From positions 1,280,001-1,344,000 of the forward strand of contig OY970325.1 in assembly GCA_963717145.1 (NCBI GenBank): a DNA stretch of 64,000 bases, in the 5' to 3' direction. The notes below the pieces were generated by a model. That model saw only the letters and a list, made by a program, of their open reading frames with translations, made no database searches and was not told where the DNA came from. This document shows positions 1 through 8,079 of the stretch, piece by piece (the first letter of the stretch is position 1; each line of letters opens with the position of its first letter). A program made the position numbers and the translations under genes. The DNA comes from an uncultured Armatimonadetes bacterium (GTDB taxonomy: Bacteria; Armatimonadota; UBA5829; DTJY01).

Positions 1-2281
1 TGTTCGGCAGGTTCGTATAGTCCATCTTGCAGTAGGACTTGAGCATCGCCGTCGGACCCTTGCGGTCTGTCCCGGGCGATGGGGAGAAGTTCGTGGCGAG
101 GATCTCGCCGAGGTGGTGGCCGTCGGCGGTCGCCCTGCGGTGTCCCCTCCACTCGATCTCGCGCCCGAACGTACTGATCCCCGCCGGGCGGAGGACGCCG
201 TTCCGCTCCTTGACCACTGAGGCCATCCGCGTGTAATCGTCGAAGATGCGCTTGACCATCGCGTCGGCCTCGTCGTTGTCGTTGCCGTAGGTCTCGATGC
301 GGTTGAGGACAAGCTGCCGGAGGTTCTCCTGCCCCTGCCAGTCGGAGCGGAGGATGTCGATGAACTCACCGAGCGAAAGGCGCTTCTCGTCATAGACGAG
401 CTTCTTGATCGCGAGCAGGCTGTTCGCCGTGTTGGCGATCCCTCCGATGTGCGGCGCAAGCACTGTATACGCCGGCCCGCGGTCCCAGTAGCCGCGCCCT
501 TTCTCGATGCATCCCTCGATCAGCATCGAGACGACCGGCGGCGCGGCCCCTCCGAGGCAGTATCCGTCCGCGCCCGCGTTGTGGGAATCGACCGCCGCCT
601 GGAGTTCCTTCGCGAACCCGGCGTAGAGGCTCTCGAAGTCCTCAAAGTATTGGTTCTGCCCATCATGTTGGTTCTGGAGTTGTACTCCAGAACCGTCCAC
701 TTGTTGCGGGTTCTGGAGTACAACTCCAGAACCAACATCGTTATTCAGGCCGAGGGCCTGCTGAAGCATCCTGAGGGAGTCCTGGGGCGAGTAGATGAAG
801 CTCGTCTTGCCGGGAACGATCGCCTCCCAGCAGCCGTCGTTCGCGAACCGGCGCGCCTCCTCGATCGGGTAGCCGAACTTCACCAGCGCAGCGATGACGA
901 CCTCCTCGTTGTAGACGGCCACGATCCCGCCGCCGTAACGCTGGACCTCCGCGATGCGCTTGAGCAGCTTCTCGGGAGTGCGGCGGTTGAGCCGGACTGC
1001 GATCGGGTAGTCGCTGATATGGAGTTCCTCGACGACATCGAGCGCGAGGTAGGTCACGTCGTTGGTGACCTCCTTCCCCTCGGCGTCGATCCCCGCGAGG
1101 ACTATGTTCTGGTAGTGCTGGGCATCCCCACTGCCGCGACCCTCCAACGCGCCGATCCACTCCGTGCCCTTGATCCAGAAGTGGGCGAGGTCCTCGCGGG
1201 CCTCGTCGATAACGTTGGTCGTAGTGGCCGCGCCTCCGTGCCGGCCTTCCGTGCCTCCGTGCCGGCCTCCACCGTCGCTGGCCGGCACAGAGGCGCGGCC
1301 ACTACGGGCGTTCTCCAGGTCGCGCTTGAGGTAGGGCATGAGCATCTCGTCGATGCGCCCGATGCCGGACCAGTTGCCGCAGAGGCGCTGGAAGGCATAC
1401 GCGAACCAGAGCGACTGGACCGCCTCCGCGAAGGTCGTCGGCGGGTTCTCGGGGACATTGGCCAGGTTGCGGAGAACGCGCTCGTAGCCGGCCTTCTCAT
1501 CGCCGGTGGACTTCGCGATCAGCTCACGGAGGTGGCTGATGTTGCGTGCGTGCCATCGGTTGGCGGCGTCGAGGCAGAGCTTCATCGCCTGGAGCAGATC
1601 GACGCCCTTCGCATCGAGCGCCGACCTCGCCTGTAGGGGCGTGCCTTGTGCCGCCAGATGTTGGTTCTGGAGTTGGACTCCAGAACCCTCTGCAGTGGTA
1701 GGGTTCTGGAGTCCAACTCCAGAACCAACATCGGGGACTCCAGACCCAACATCGAGGTAAGAGGAGGGGTCGGCCAGCCGCTCGTCTATCTCCTTGCGGA
1801 TACCCTTGTAGCCGACTCGGAGCACCTTGTCGAAGCCGAGCGTCGTGTGGCTGACGCTCCCCTTGCCGTAGATCGGGACCGCGTGGTGAGGACCTTCGAC
1901 AAACGTCGCCGACCCGACGATCCGCTCGCCGGGGAGGATCCGCAGGGGCGCGCGCTCGGCGATGAACTCGATCGCGCGGGCGCACTTCATCTCCTCCGAG
2001 AGGCCGGTGACGTCGATCAACTCCTCGATCTTGACGCCAGCCGGGACCATCGAGCGCCCGAACTCGCCCCTCAGTCCACGCTCGGCGAGCGAGCGGGTGA
2101 CGTCCGACAGCCGCTTCGGAGTCGGGAACGGTTTGTCGATGTTCAAAGTCTTCACCATGCTCTCCGCCTCCGATCCCGCCTCAGCCGCCTGACCCGTACT
2201 CAGGTAGAACAGCCCGCCGCCAAGCGCGACCATCCCCGTCTTGATGAACTCCCGCCGATCGATGCCCTTCTTCTTCGCCAT
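1..2281 (-). CDS. Glycyl radical enzyme (pyruvate formate-lyase family) with Tat-like N-terminus; 3' end runs off the window
   Basis: Hand translation from ATG 2281 is open to position 1: MAKKKGIDRREFIKTG..., LRILPGERIVG, PPTTFAEAVQSLWF, GIGRIDEML, ANDGCWE (Cys loop), YGNDNDEAD, ATADG, SPSPGTD. Absent from the ORF track because there is no stop in the window. Alternative in-frame ATG at 2293. Confidence 0.88.
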   Translation of the reverse strand, partial: MAKKKGIDRREFIKTGMVALGGGLFYLSTGQAAEAGSEAESMVKTLNIDKPFPTPKRLSDVTRSLAERGLRGEFGRSMVPAGVKIEELIDVTGLSEEMKCARAIEFIAERAPLRILPGERIVGSATFVEGPHHAVPIYGKGSVSHTTLGFDKVLRVGYKGIRKEIDERLADPSSYLDVGSGVPDVGSGVGLQNPTTAEGSGVQLQNQHLAAQGTPLQARSALDAKGVDLLQAMKLCLDAANRWHARNISHLRELIAKSTGDEKAGYERVLRNLANVPENPPTTFAEAVQSLWFAYAFQRLCGNWSGIGRIDEMLMPYLKRDLENARSGRASVPASDGGGRHGGTEGRHGGAATTTNVIDEAREDLAHFWIKGTEWIGALEGRGSGDAQHYQNIVLAGIDAEGKEVTNDVTYLALDVVEELHISDYPIAVRLNRRTPEKLLKRIAEVQRYGGGIVAVYNEEVVIAALVKFGYPIEEARRFANDGCWEAIVPGKTSFIYSPQDSLRMLQQALGLNNDVGSGVVLQNPQQVDGSGVQLQNQHDGQNQYFEDFESLYAGFAKELQAAVDSHNAGADGYCLGGAAPPVVSMLIEGCIEKGRGYWDRGPAYTVLAPHIGGIANTANSLLAIKKLVYDEKRLSLGEFIDILRSDWQGQENLRQLVLNRIETYGNDNDEADAMVKRIFDDYTRMASVVKERNGVLRPAGISTFGREIEWRGHRRATADGHHLGEILATNFSPSPGTDRKGPTAMLKSYCKMDYTNLPN
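665..738. repeat. GTTG-type palindromic doublet inserted in frame in the glycyl radical enzyme
   Basis: 30-bp inverted arms ATGTTGGTTCTGGAGTTGTACTCCAGAACC (665-694 / 709-738); each arm is itself a hairpin. Confidence 0.9.
1220..1306. repeat. GTAG-type REP-like doublet inserted in frame in the glycyl radical enzyme
   Basis: CGTAGTGGCCGCGCCTCCGTGCCGGCC (1220-1246) and its inverse (1280-1306, one mismatch), plus a partial internal copy. Confidence 0.9.
1633..1754. repeat. Composite in-frame insert: GTAG REP half + GTTG doublet + partial arm
   Basis: 1631-1655 is identical to intergenic 20007-20031; 1657-1732 is a 33-bp-arm inverted repeat of the same family as 665-738; 1735-1754 is a partial arm. 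Confidence 0.9.
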
Positions 2282-2289
2282 GTGATCTC

Positions 2290-2580
2290 TCATATCGGTC
2301 TGGCCTCCTTCAATATGCGTTGGCGGATCAGCCAATAGATGCTGTCGTCGATCACTACATCTACAGCCCGCCCCAGAAGCTCACTGAGATCGGCGAGCAA
2401 CCCTGACTGGTCAAGTAGGCTTCGGTCGGGCTCCATCGTCACCAAGAAGTCGATGTCGCTCAATGCCGTGTCATCGCCCCGAGCCGCGCTGCCGAACACG
2501 CGCACATTTCCCGCGCCGTGGCTCGCCGCCAAGCGCAGGATGTCCTCTCGTCTTTCCACGATGAGTTCAAGCGCCGTCAT
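2290..2580 (-). CDS. Minimal nucleotidyltransferase (MNT) antitoxin-family protein
   Basis: 96 aa with VRVFGSAARGDD..SDIDFLV and LLGRAVDVV motifs. Confidence 0.9.
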   Translation of the reverse strand: MTALELIVERREDILRLAASHGAGNVRVFGSAARGDDTALSDIDFLVTMEPDRSLLDQSGLLADLSELLGRAVDVVIDDSIYWLIRQRILKEARPI

Positions 2581-2713
2581 GATGCCCCCCGGGTGACCGT
2601 TACCTACATTATACACCAGAATCCGCCGAATGCCTCCCTTCACATTCGTGCCGCACACACAGCAAGAGCTCGTCCGATATGACTGCCAGGATGGCGGCGA
2701 TCAATGATAGAGG

Positions 2714-2742
2714 TTGACAAAGACGAGGAGGCGGCGTAAGCT
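2714..2742 (+). promoter_or_regulatory. Sigma70-type promoter
   Basis: TTGACA-17 bp-TAAGCT upstream of 2809. Confidence 0.55.
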
Positions 2743-2808
2743 TGGAGCAAGCTACCGGTTATACTGCACCACGATGAAGACCAACTAGTCGTTCTGTGGA
2801 GCGCTTCA

Positions 2809-3450
2809 ATGAACCTCACTCCTGAAGACAGACAGAGAATCTATGAAGAAGAGAAAGATCGCATCGCGGCGCAGAGCGGGCAGTTGGCTCAGCCTCAGCG
2901 GGCCTCCAGTAAGTTGACATGCCTGGGGGTGGGCTGTGGTGTTGTCGCCGCAGTCCTAGCGGTGGTGTTCCTATGCGTTGCCGGCCTTGGTTACGTGATC
3001 TACAAGGCATCTGATCTCGATGATGCTTTCAACTCGGGTCTGCAGGGTACTACACCGCCAACGAAGTTCGTCAAGGTCGAATGGCGGCTTGCGCCTGAGG
3101 GGTTTGACCGAAGCACTTTCATGCGACGTCCCCAGGGTACGTTGTGGGCTCCCGTGTACGTGCGGGTCACGAACCACGGTTATGACAAGGTGCCGGTGAA
3201 CCCTGCCTACTGCGCCTTGAACATCAACGGCACATCGTACTCGTTCGGACCGGTGCCGGTGAAGCGTGACTTGCCGTTGTGTGAGTTGTCGAGCGGCGCG
3301 AGCACGGACGGTTACGTAGGGTTTGAGATTCCCGCAAATGTCCGCGCAACGACTGCCCGTTTCGAGTTCAAGCCACTGGTGCTCTTCGAGAACTACGAAG
3401 TCCAGTACGAGATGTTGGGCGACAGCTCCAGTCCGAGATCCAAGCCCTGA
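2809..3450 (+). CDS. Single-pass membrane protein with an extracytoplasmic DUF4352-like domain
   Basis: Hydrophobic helix at about aa 36-65, then VRVTNHG...G.STDGYVGFEIP. Confidence 0.65.
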   Translation: MNLTPEDRQRIYEEEKDRIAAQSGQLAQPQRASSKLTCLGVGCGVVAAVLAVVFLCVAGLGYVIYKASDLDDAFNSGLQGTTPPTKFVKVEWRLAPEGFDRSTFMRRPQGTLWAPVYVRVTNHGYDKVPVNPAYCALNINGTSYSFGPVPVKRDLPLCELSSGASTDGYVGFEIPANVRATTARFEFKPLVLFENYEVQYEMLGDSSSPRSKP

Positions 3451-3471
3451 GGATAGGAGCCACTGTGCAAT

Positions 3472-4356
3472 ATGGATAACGAGGAGTTTCTGAGTAGAAA
3501 TCGCCGCTTTGTCGCCTACATGGATGTCCTTGGGTACTGTAGCATAGCCTCGGATACTATCCTTGATCAACGTAAAGCCGTGCGTTTCCACAGCCTCTTC
3601 CAAGCTCTGGGGATAGCTGTCACCCAGGCGCTAAGGGACTGTTCGGATCCAGAACCAGTAAAGGCCATCTGCTTTAGTGACTCCTTCTATTTCTCCGGCA
3701 AAGACCTCCCAGGGCTACTCAGCTTCCTCGAGCAGGTCTTCACAGGTGCGTATGCGTTTCAGGGATCGAGCTATGATAAGGACTCGGACGATTGGGTGCC
3801 ATTCGTGCGTTCTGCAGTCGTGCAAGGTTGGGCCGTGTACTTCAGGGACCCGACTCTACCAACATTACCGGAGCCCGAAGTCTTCCGGAACCCCGTGGGA
3901 CCCGCTGTCGTTGAAGTATATAACTTAGCCGAGAAGCGCATAAAGCTGCCAGGCATGAGATGCTTCATGGAACGCGGTCTGCTGAACCAGTGTTCACCGA
4001 CCTGGGTAGATACCCCGCCACACTATAAGATAACGTCCGGTGAGAGAGAACTGCGTCTCCTCGACGTGCCGATCACTCCTAACCTGAAGGAACAGAACCT
4101 TGAGCTTGTGGAACTAGCCTGGCCCTGTCGAGTGATTTCGAGCGACCCCTCGTTCTTCAGTCCGCTCGACAAGTGCAAGTCGCAGTTCTCCGTGGGAACG
4201 AACGACGAGAAGAGCCAGCGAGTCAAACACTACAATGCAACAGTCGAGCTGTTCCGGCAGTCGGTCCTCATCGGCGATGATCGCAATGCTCCAATCATGT
4301 GGGATCGCATGAGTGGCGATCTAACCCTGAACGCTAATCCAGAAAGAACGACTTGA
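3472..4356 (+). CDS. Hypothetical protein with class III nucleotidyl-cyclase-like motifs
   Basis: FVAYMDVLGY, FSDSFY, VRSAVVQG, VGPAVVEVY; RBS AGGAG upstream. Confidence 0.55.
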   Translation: MDNEEFLSRNRRFVAYMDVLGYCSIASDTILDQRKAVRFHSLFQALGIAVTQALRDCSDPEPVKAICFSDSFYFSGKDLPGLLSFLEQVFTGAYAFQGSSYDKDSDDWVPFVRSAVVQGWAVYFRDPTLPTLPEPEVFRNPVGPAVVEVYNLAEKRIKLPGMRCFMERGLLNQCSPTWVDTPPHYKITSGERELRLLDVPITPNLKEQNLELVELAWPCRVISSDPSFFSPLDKCKSQFSVGTNDEKSQRVKHYNATVELFRQSVLIGDDRNAPIMWDRMSGDLTLNANPERTT

Positions 4357-5104
4357 GGAACTCGGACTCGGGGCCGGGGTAGACCGCCTCCGCGAGGTGC
4401 TCGATGCCCTGCTGGTTGCCCCAGGAGTAGACGATGTGCGTCTTTCCATCGAACTCGCAGAAGTCCACGTCCGAGTTGTTGATGTTCACCGCCCCCGCGA
4501 TCCGATCGCGCTCAGCGGACGTGAGCTTCGGATTGGCGATCAGCTTGTCCTCGATCGAGTAATGCATGATCGGGTTCTGGGGGCTGCTCTCCCACCTCAC
4601 GAGATCCTTCGAGCGGACGATGCAGGGGTTATACGTCGGACCGGGGTACGCCTCGAGGTAGACCATGTAGTACCAGCCCTCGAGGAATCGGATCGCGGGG
4701 CATGCCGTGTAGCGCTCCTTCGAGTAGACGCACTCCTCACCCGTGAGCTTCCACTCCCGGAGGTCCTTCGACTCGGCGAACCGCATCGTGAACGCGACGC
4801 CGGTCTCCTCGGGCGGGCGGCCGATCTCGAACGCCATGACGTAGCCGTCCCGACCCTTGCAGACTGAGGTGTTGAAGATCCCCCACCCCTTCAAGTCGAG
4901 CGCGGTCTTGCTCTCCCAATGCTGAAGGTCCTTCGACCAGAAGACTTCGACTTTCTCGCCGTCCCAGATGTTCACACCAAACGCGTAGGCGGTGTCACCA
5001 TCCACGAACGCGCTGCCGAGATGGTATCCCTGCGCGAACGCGGGTGTCGGGTCGCCGGTCTTCACGTCCACGAACCGGAAGTACGACGGCTTGCCGAGGT
5101 TCGG
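4334..5104 (-). CDS. Beta-propeller glycoside-hydrolase-like domain; in-frame continuation of 5105-7324 after a single TAG
   Basis: Asp-box-like repeats (WSKDLQHW, ESKDLREW, RSKDLVRW). Same frame as the upstream ORF: ...YVRDQYY*PNLGKPSYFRFVDV... Confidence 0.75.
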   Translation of the reverse strand, partial: PNLGKPSYFRFVDVKTGDPTPAFAQGYHLGSAFVDGDTAYAFGVNIWDGEKVEVFWSKDLQHWESKTALDLKGWGIFNTSVCKGRDGYVMAFEIGRPPEETGVAFTMRFAESKDLREWKLTGEECVYSKERYTACPAIRFLEGWYYMVYLEAYPGPTYNPCIVRSKDLVRWESSPQNPIMHYSIEDKLIANPKLTSAERDRIAGAVNINNSDVDFCEFDGKTHIVYSWGNQQGIEHLAEAVYPGPESEFLKSFFLD

Positions 5105-7324
5105 CTAGTAATACTGATCGCGCACGTACTCGAAGCGGTACAGCCTGCCCTTGAAGACGACGGGAGTCGCCTCGACCAGGTCGCAAACGATCGTCCCGAG
5201 CTTCCTGATCTTCGGGAGGATGCCGTCCGACGCGTGTATATCGGCGTTAGACGCGCGTATATCGGCGTTAGACGCGCGTCGATCGGCGTTGGACACACGT
5301 CCATCGGCGTTGGACACACGTCCATCGGCGTTGGACACACGTCCATCGGCGTCGGACGACTTGCGGTATTCGTCGTTGTACAAACCGATCTCCTCCATTG
5401 GAATGCGCTTGAAACCTTGTTTGAACGCGGGCGAATCGTCTCTCAATCGGAAGTCCCCGCGCGCGAAGTCGACGAACCCCGGATCGAGATCCACCGTGTT
5501 GTCCCGAATGGTGAAAAGTTCGCTGCAGATGGCGTCGGTCACTCGCAGCCACTGTCCGCCGAAGGAGATGTTCCGCGCGAGGGTGTTGTACTTCGGCGCG
5601 CCGGGCTCGTCGTCGTAGAGCTTGAGCAGTTCGGGGTAGCGCTCCTTCCAGGGCGACTCGCGGTAGGGCATCGCCTCGAGCTGCTCCTTCATGTAGCCGT
5701 CCACGGTACCCTTCGCCCAGTTGAGTCCCCTCGCATCGACTGCGACGGCGGGATCGCACTCGATGAAGAGATTGTTTTCCACCGCGCAGTCTCGTCCGCC
5801 GCCGATGCAGACGCCCATCTTGGCCTTGTAGAGGACGTTGCCGTAGATGCGCATATCGCTCGCGCAGTCGTCGATGTAGATCGAGCGAACGTCTTGTGTC
5901 CCCATGTGATGGAAGTAGTTGTAGCGGATGACGTTCCCTCGCCAGGAGAAGTCGCGCCCGGTGTAGAACCCGCCGGAGTCGCTCGTCTCCATGCAGACGT
6001 GGTGCGTTTCGTTGAACTCCATGATGTGGTCGTTGCCGGTGAAGATGATGGCGGTGTGGGGCGCGTCGTGCATGAGGTTATGGGCGACCCGGTTGCCGAC
6101 GCCGCCGAGGGATACAGCGGGGCGGTAGGTCCGATTCCACCGGCTGAAGTGGTGGATGTGATTGTTGACGGCGAAGCACTTGCCGGGAATCAGCTTGGCG
6201 CGGTCGCCCGCATTGATGACGATGCCCGTCTCGCCGATGTTGTAGAGATCGCAGGACTGGACGCCCGATTCCGTGCTGCCCTGGATGCTGATCCCCGTGC
6301 AGCCGATGTTTCGGACCGCGCACCCGGCGATGAGGCAGTGCGCGCCTCCGGTGATACGGATTCCATCACCGCGCGCGTGCTCGAACGTGAGGCCTCGCAT
6401 GGTGATGTGGGAGGCGTTTTCGATGGTGACGAGCGGCGTCTCGAGGATCGAGACGGCCACGCGGGCATTCTTGATCGGCGATGGCGGCCAGAAGTAGAGG
6501 ATACCGGTCGCGCGGTCGAGATAGAACTCGCCGGGCTGATCCAGCTCCTCCAGGATGTTCTCCCAGTAGAAGCGCTTGCCCGCGGTGTAACCGTAGATCC
6601 CGTGCGGCGGTTCCGTGGCGACGACGTGGTTCGCCAGGTCGATGCTCTTAACCTTCTCGTGAGTCTCGGCCCAGTCCCAGGTCCAGTAGCCGTGCACCCA
6701 GATGTCGTCCGTCGACTTCCAGCGCGAAGGGCGGTCTCGTTCGTATGCAAACTTCCCTCCCTGAGGGCCGTCGGGGACGCCCGCGATCTTCGCCCACTCA
6801 CCATTCGGCCAGCGCGCGAGTTCCATCGGCTGATCGTTGAAGAACAGCTCGAGCGCGGCAGTGCCCCCTGCGCCGTATCCGCGACGTTTCAGGGAGCCGA
6901 AGTCAGTGATCCCGAGGGCCTTGAGGTCCGCCTGAAGAACCTTCCCTCGACTGGCTTCATCAATGCGACCCAGGATGGCGGGATCGGTAACCGGTCGGAA
7001 GCCCTTGACCTCTCTGCCGCCGCTGATGAAGACCTCCTCACCCTCGCAGGCACGGTAGGTGATCGGGCGCACCTCCCTGCCGCCGTCTCCCGCGACCAGG
7101 GCGAAGGTCTCTGTGCGGTTATAGACGCCGCCCCGCAGCCAGATCGTCGCTCCGCCCGGGCCGATCTTCAACAATCTAAGGATGTCGCGGGCACGCTCCA
7201 GCGTGGCGAACGGCTTCCCTTTCGTACCGGGATTTGTGTCGCTCCCATTGGGAGCAACATAGAATTCCGTCGCCTGCGCGGCCGCGGTAAAGAGTAGCAG
7301 TAGCAGAATAGCGAACGATCTCAT
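5105..7324 (-). CDS. Secreted right-handed parallel beta-helix protein (GH141-like) fused through a repeat linker to a propeller domain
   Basis: Signal peptide; FYVAPNGSDTNPGT..PFATLERA; LDQPGEFYLD; IYIDD beta-helix repeats. Confidence 0.85.
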   Translation of the reverse strand: MRSFAILLLLLFTAAAQATEFYVAPNGSDTNPGTKGKPFATLERARDILRLLKIGPGGATIWLRGGVYNRTETFALVAGDGGREVRPITYRACEGEEVFISGGREVKGFRPVTDPAILGRIDEASRGKVLQADLKALGITDFGSLKRRGYGAGGTAALELFFNDQPMELARWPNGEWAKIAGVPDGPQGGKFAYERDRPSRWKSTDDIWVHGYWTWDWAETHEKVKSIDLANHVVATEPPHGIYGYTAGKRFYWENILEELDQPGEFYLDRATGILYFWPPSPIKNARVAVSILETPLVTIENASHITMRGLTFEHARGDGIRITGGAHCLIAGCAVRNIGCTGISIQGSTESGVQSCDLYNIGETGIVINAGDRAKLIPGKCFAVNNHIHHFSRWNRTYRPAVSLGGVGNRVAHNLMHDAPHTAIIFTGNDHIMEFNETHHVCMETSDSGGFYTGRDFSWRGNVIRYNYFHHMGTQDVRSIYIDDCASDMRIYGNVLYKAKMGVCIGGGRDCAVENNLFIECDPAVAVDARGLNWAKGTVDGYMKEQLEAMPYRESPWKERYPELLKLYDDEPGAPKYNTLARNISFGGQWLRVTDAICSELFTIRDNTVDLDPGFVDFARGDFRLRDDSPAFKQGFKRIPMEEIGLYNDEYRKSSDADGRVSNADGRVSNADGRVSNADRRASNADIRASNADIHASDGILPKIRKLGTIVCDLVEATPVVFKGRLYRFEYVRDQYY
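5229..5357. repeat. Six tandem 21-bp units in coding sequence (SNADGRV-type heptapeptides)
   Basis: Units start at 5229, 5250, 5271, 5292, 5313 and 5334; consensus GACACACGTCCATCGGCGTTG. Confidence 0.95.
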
Positions 7325-7384
7325 ATCGGCTCACCCCCTGGGGACATTACCACCAGTGTTCGACGAGTGGCCGCTGTTCACCTG

Positions 7385-8026
7385 TCAGGCATCGCTGGTC
7401 TTGCGCCTCAACCTGCACACAAGACCATCGACCCAGATGTCCATCGAAAGGTAGACGAACCAGAGGAATCCGGCAAATGTCGTGATGAAGAACCCGAGCC
7501 CCGGCCTGTCCAGCGTCTTGAGGATTGATGCCCATACGAACTCAGGCCTGGTCACGATATCCCAACTGTTCAGGCGAAGTACCAGGCCGAGGTAGACGCC
7601 GAGCGACATAAGCAGGAAGAACGGGATCGCCCAGACCCAGAGGGTCAGTTGTCTCTGCCTCATCAGCCACGCGATGGGACGAATCGCCAGCGTGAATGTC
7701 AGCGCGCCGATCCCGCTGTAGAACATGTAGAACAGGGTGTAAGTCATCAGCCGAACCGCCGCGTCTTTGCTGACGAACCACTCCGCGTACAGGTTCGAGT
7801 AGCCAATAACGTTGAGAAAGTGCCGCCACTCCGTGAGCAGGTAGCACGTATTCGGCACGAACGCGATCCACACAAGCCCTAGGACCACCATCGCGCCCCG
7901 GATCGGGATCGTGCGCCTGGCGGGATACCTGTACAGCGCATAGATGGCATATCCGGCGGCGACGGGAATCACCGCGAGGAATGTGTTCCACATGACCCAG
8001 CGAATCAGGTAAGGACTCATATGCAT
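7385..8026 (-). CDS. DUF1361-family membrane protein
   Basis: WNTFLAVIP, W..F.PN..YLLTE, GVYLG...RLNSWD. Confidence 0.8.
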   Translation of the reverse strand: MHMSPYLIRWVMWNTFLAVIPVAAGYAIYALYRYPARRTIPIRGAMVVLGLVWIAFVPNTCYLLTEWRHFLNVIGYSNLYAEWFVSKDAAVRLMTYTLFYMFYSGIGALTFTLAIRPIAWLMRQRQLTLWVWAIPFFLLMSLGVYLGLVLRLNSWDIVTRPEFVWASILKTLDRPGLGFFITTFAGFLWFVYLSMDIWVDGLVCRLRRKTSDA

Positions 8027-8079
8027 ACTAGGAGATACGCCCTATCTGCTGCAAAGGGTTCCCCATTCCCTCCGCAGCC

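Noticed and set aside
5105-5107. Genome-wide TAG recoding
   Set aside because: tex, greA, nfo, tatA, hicB and others end at TAG at their expected C-termini.
449-7297. Long plus-strand ORFs such as 449-1636, 1646-2338 and 4919-7297 (and similar antisense ORFs 36567-38312 and 59339-60973)
   Set aside because: Antisense shadows of well-supported genes, expected in GC-rich DNA; no motifs.
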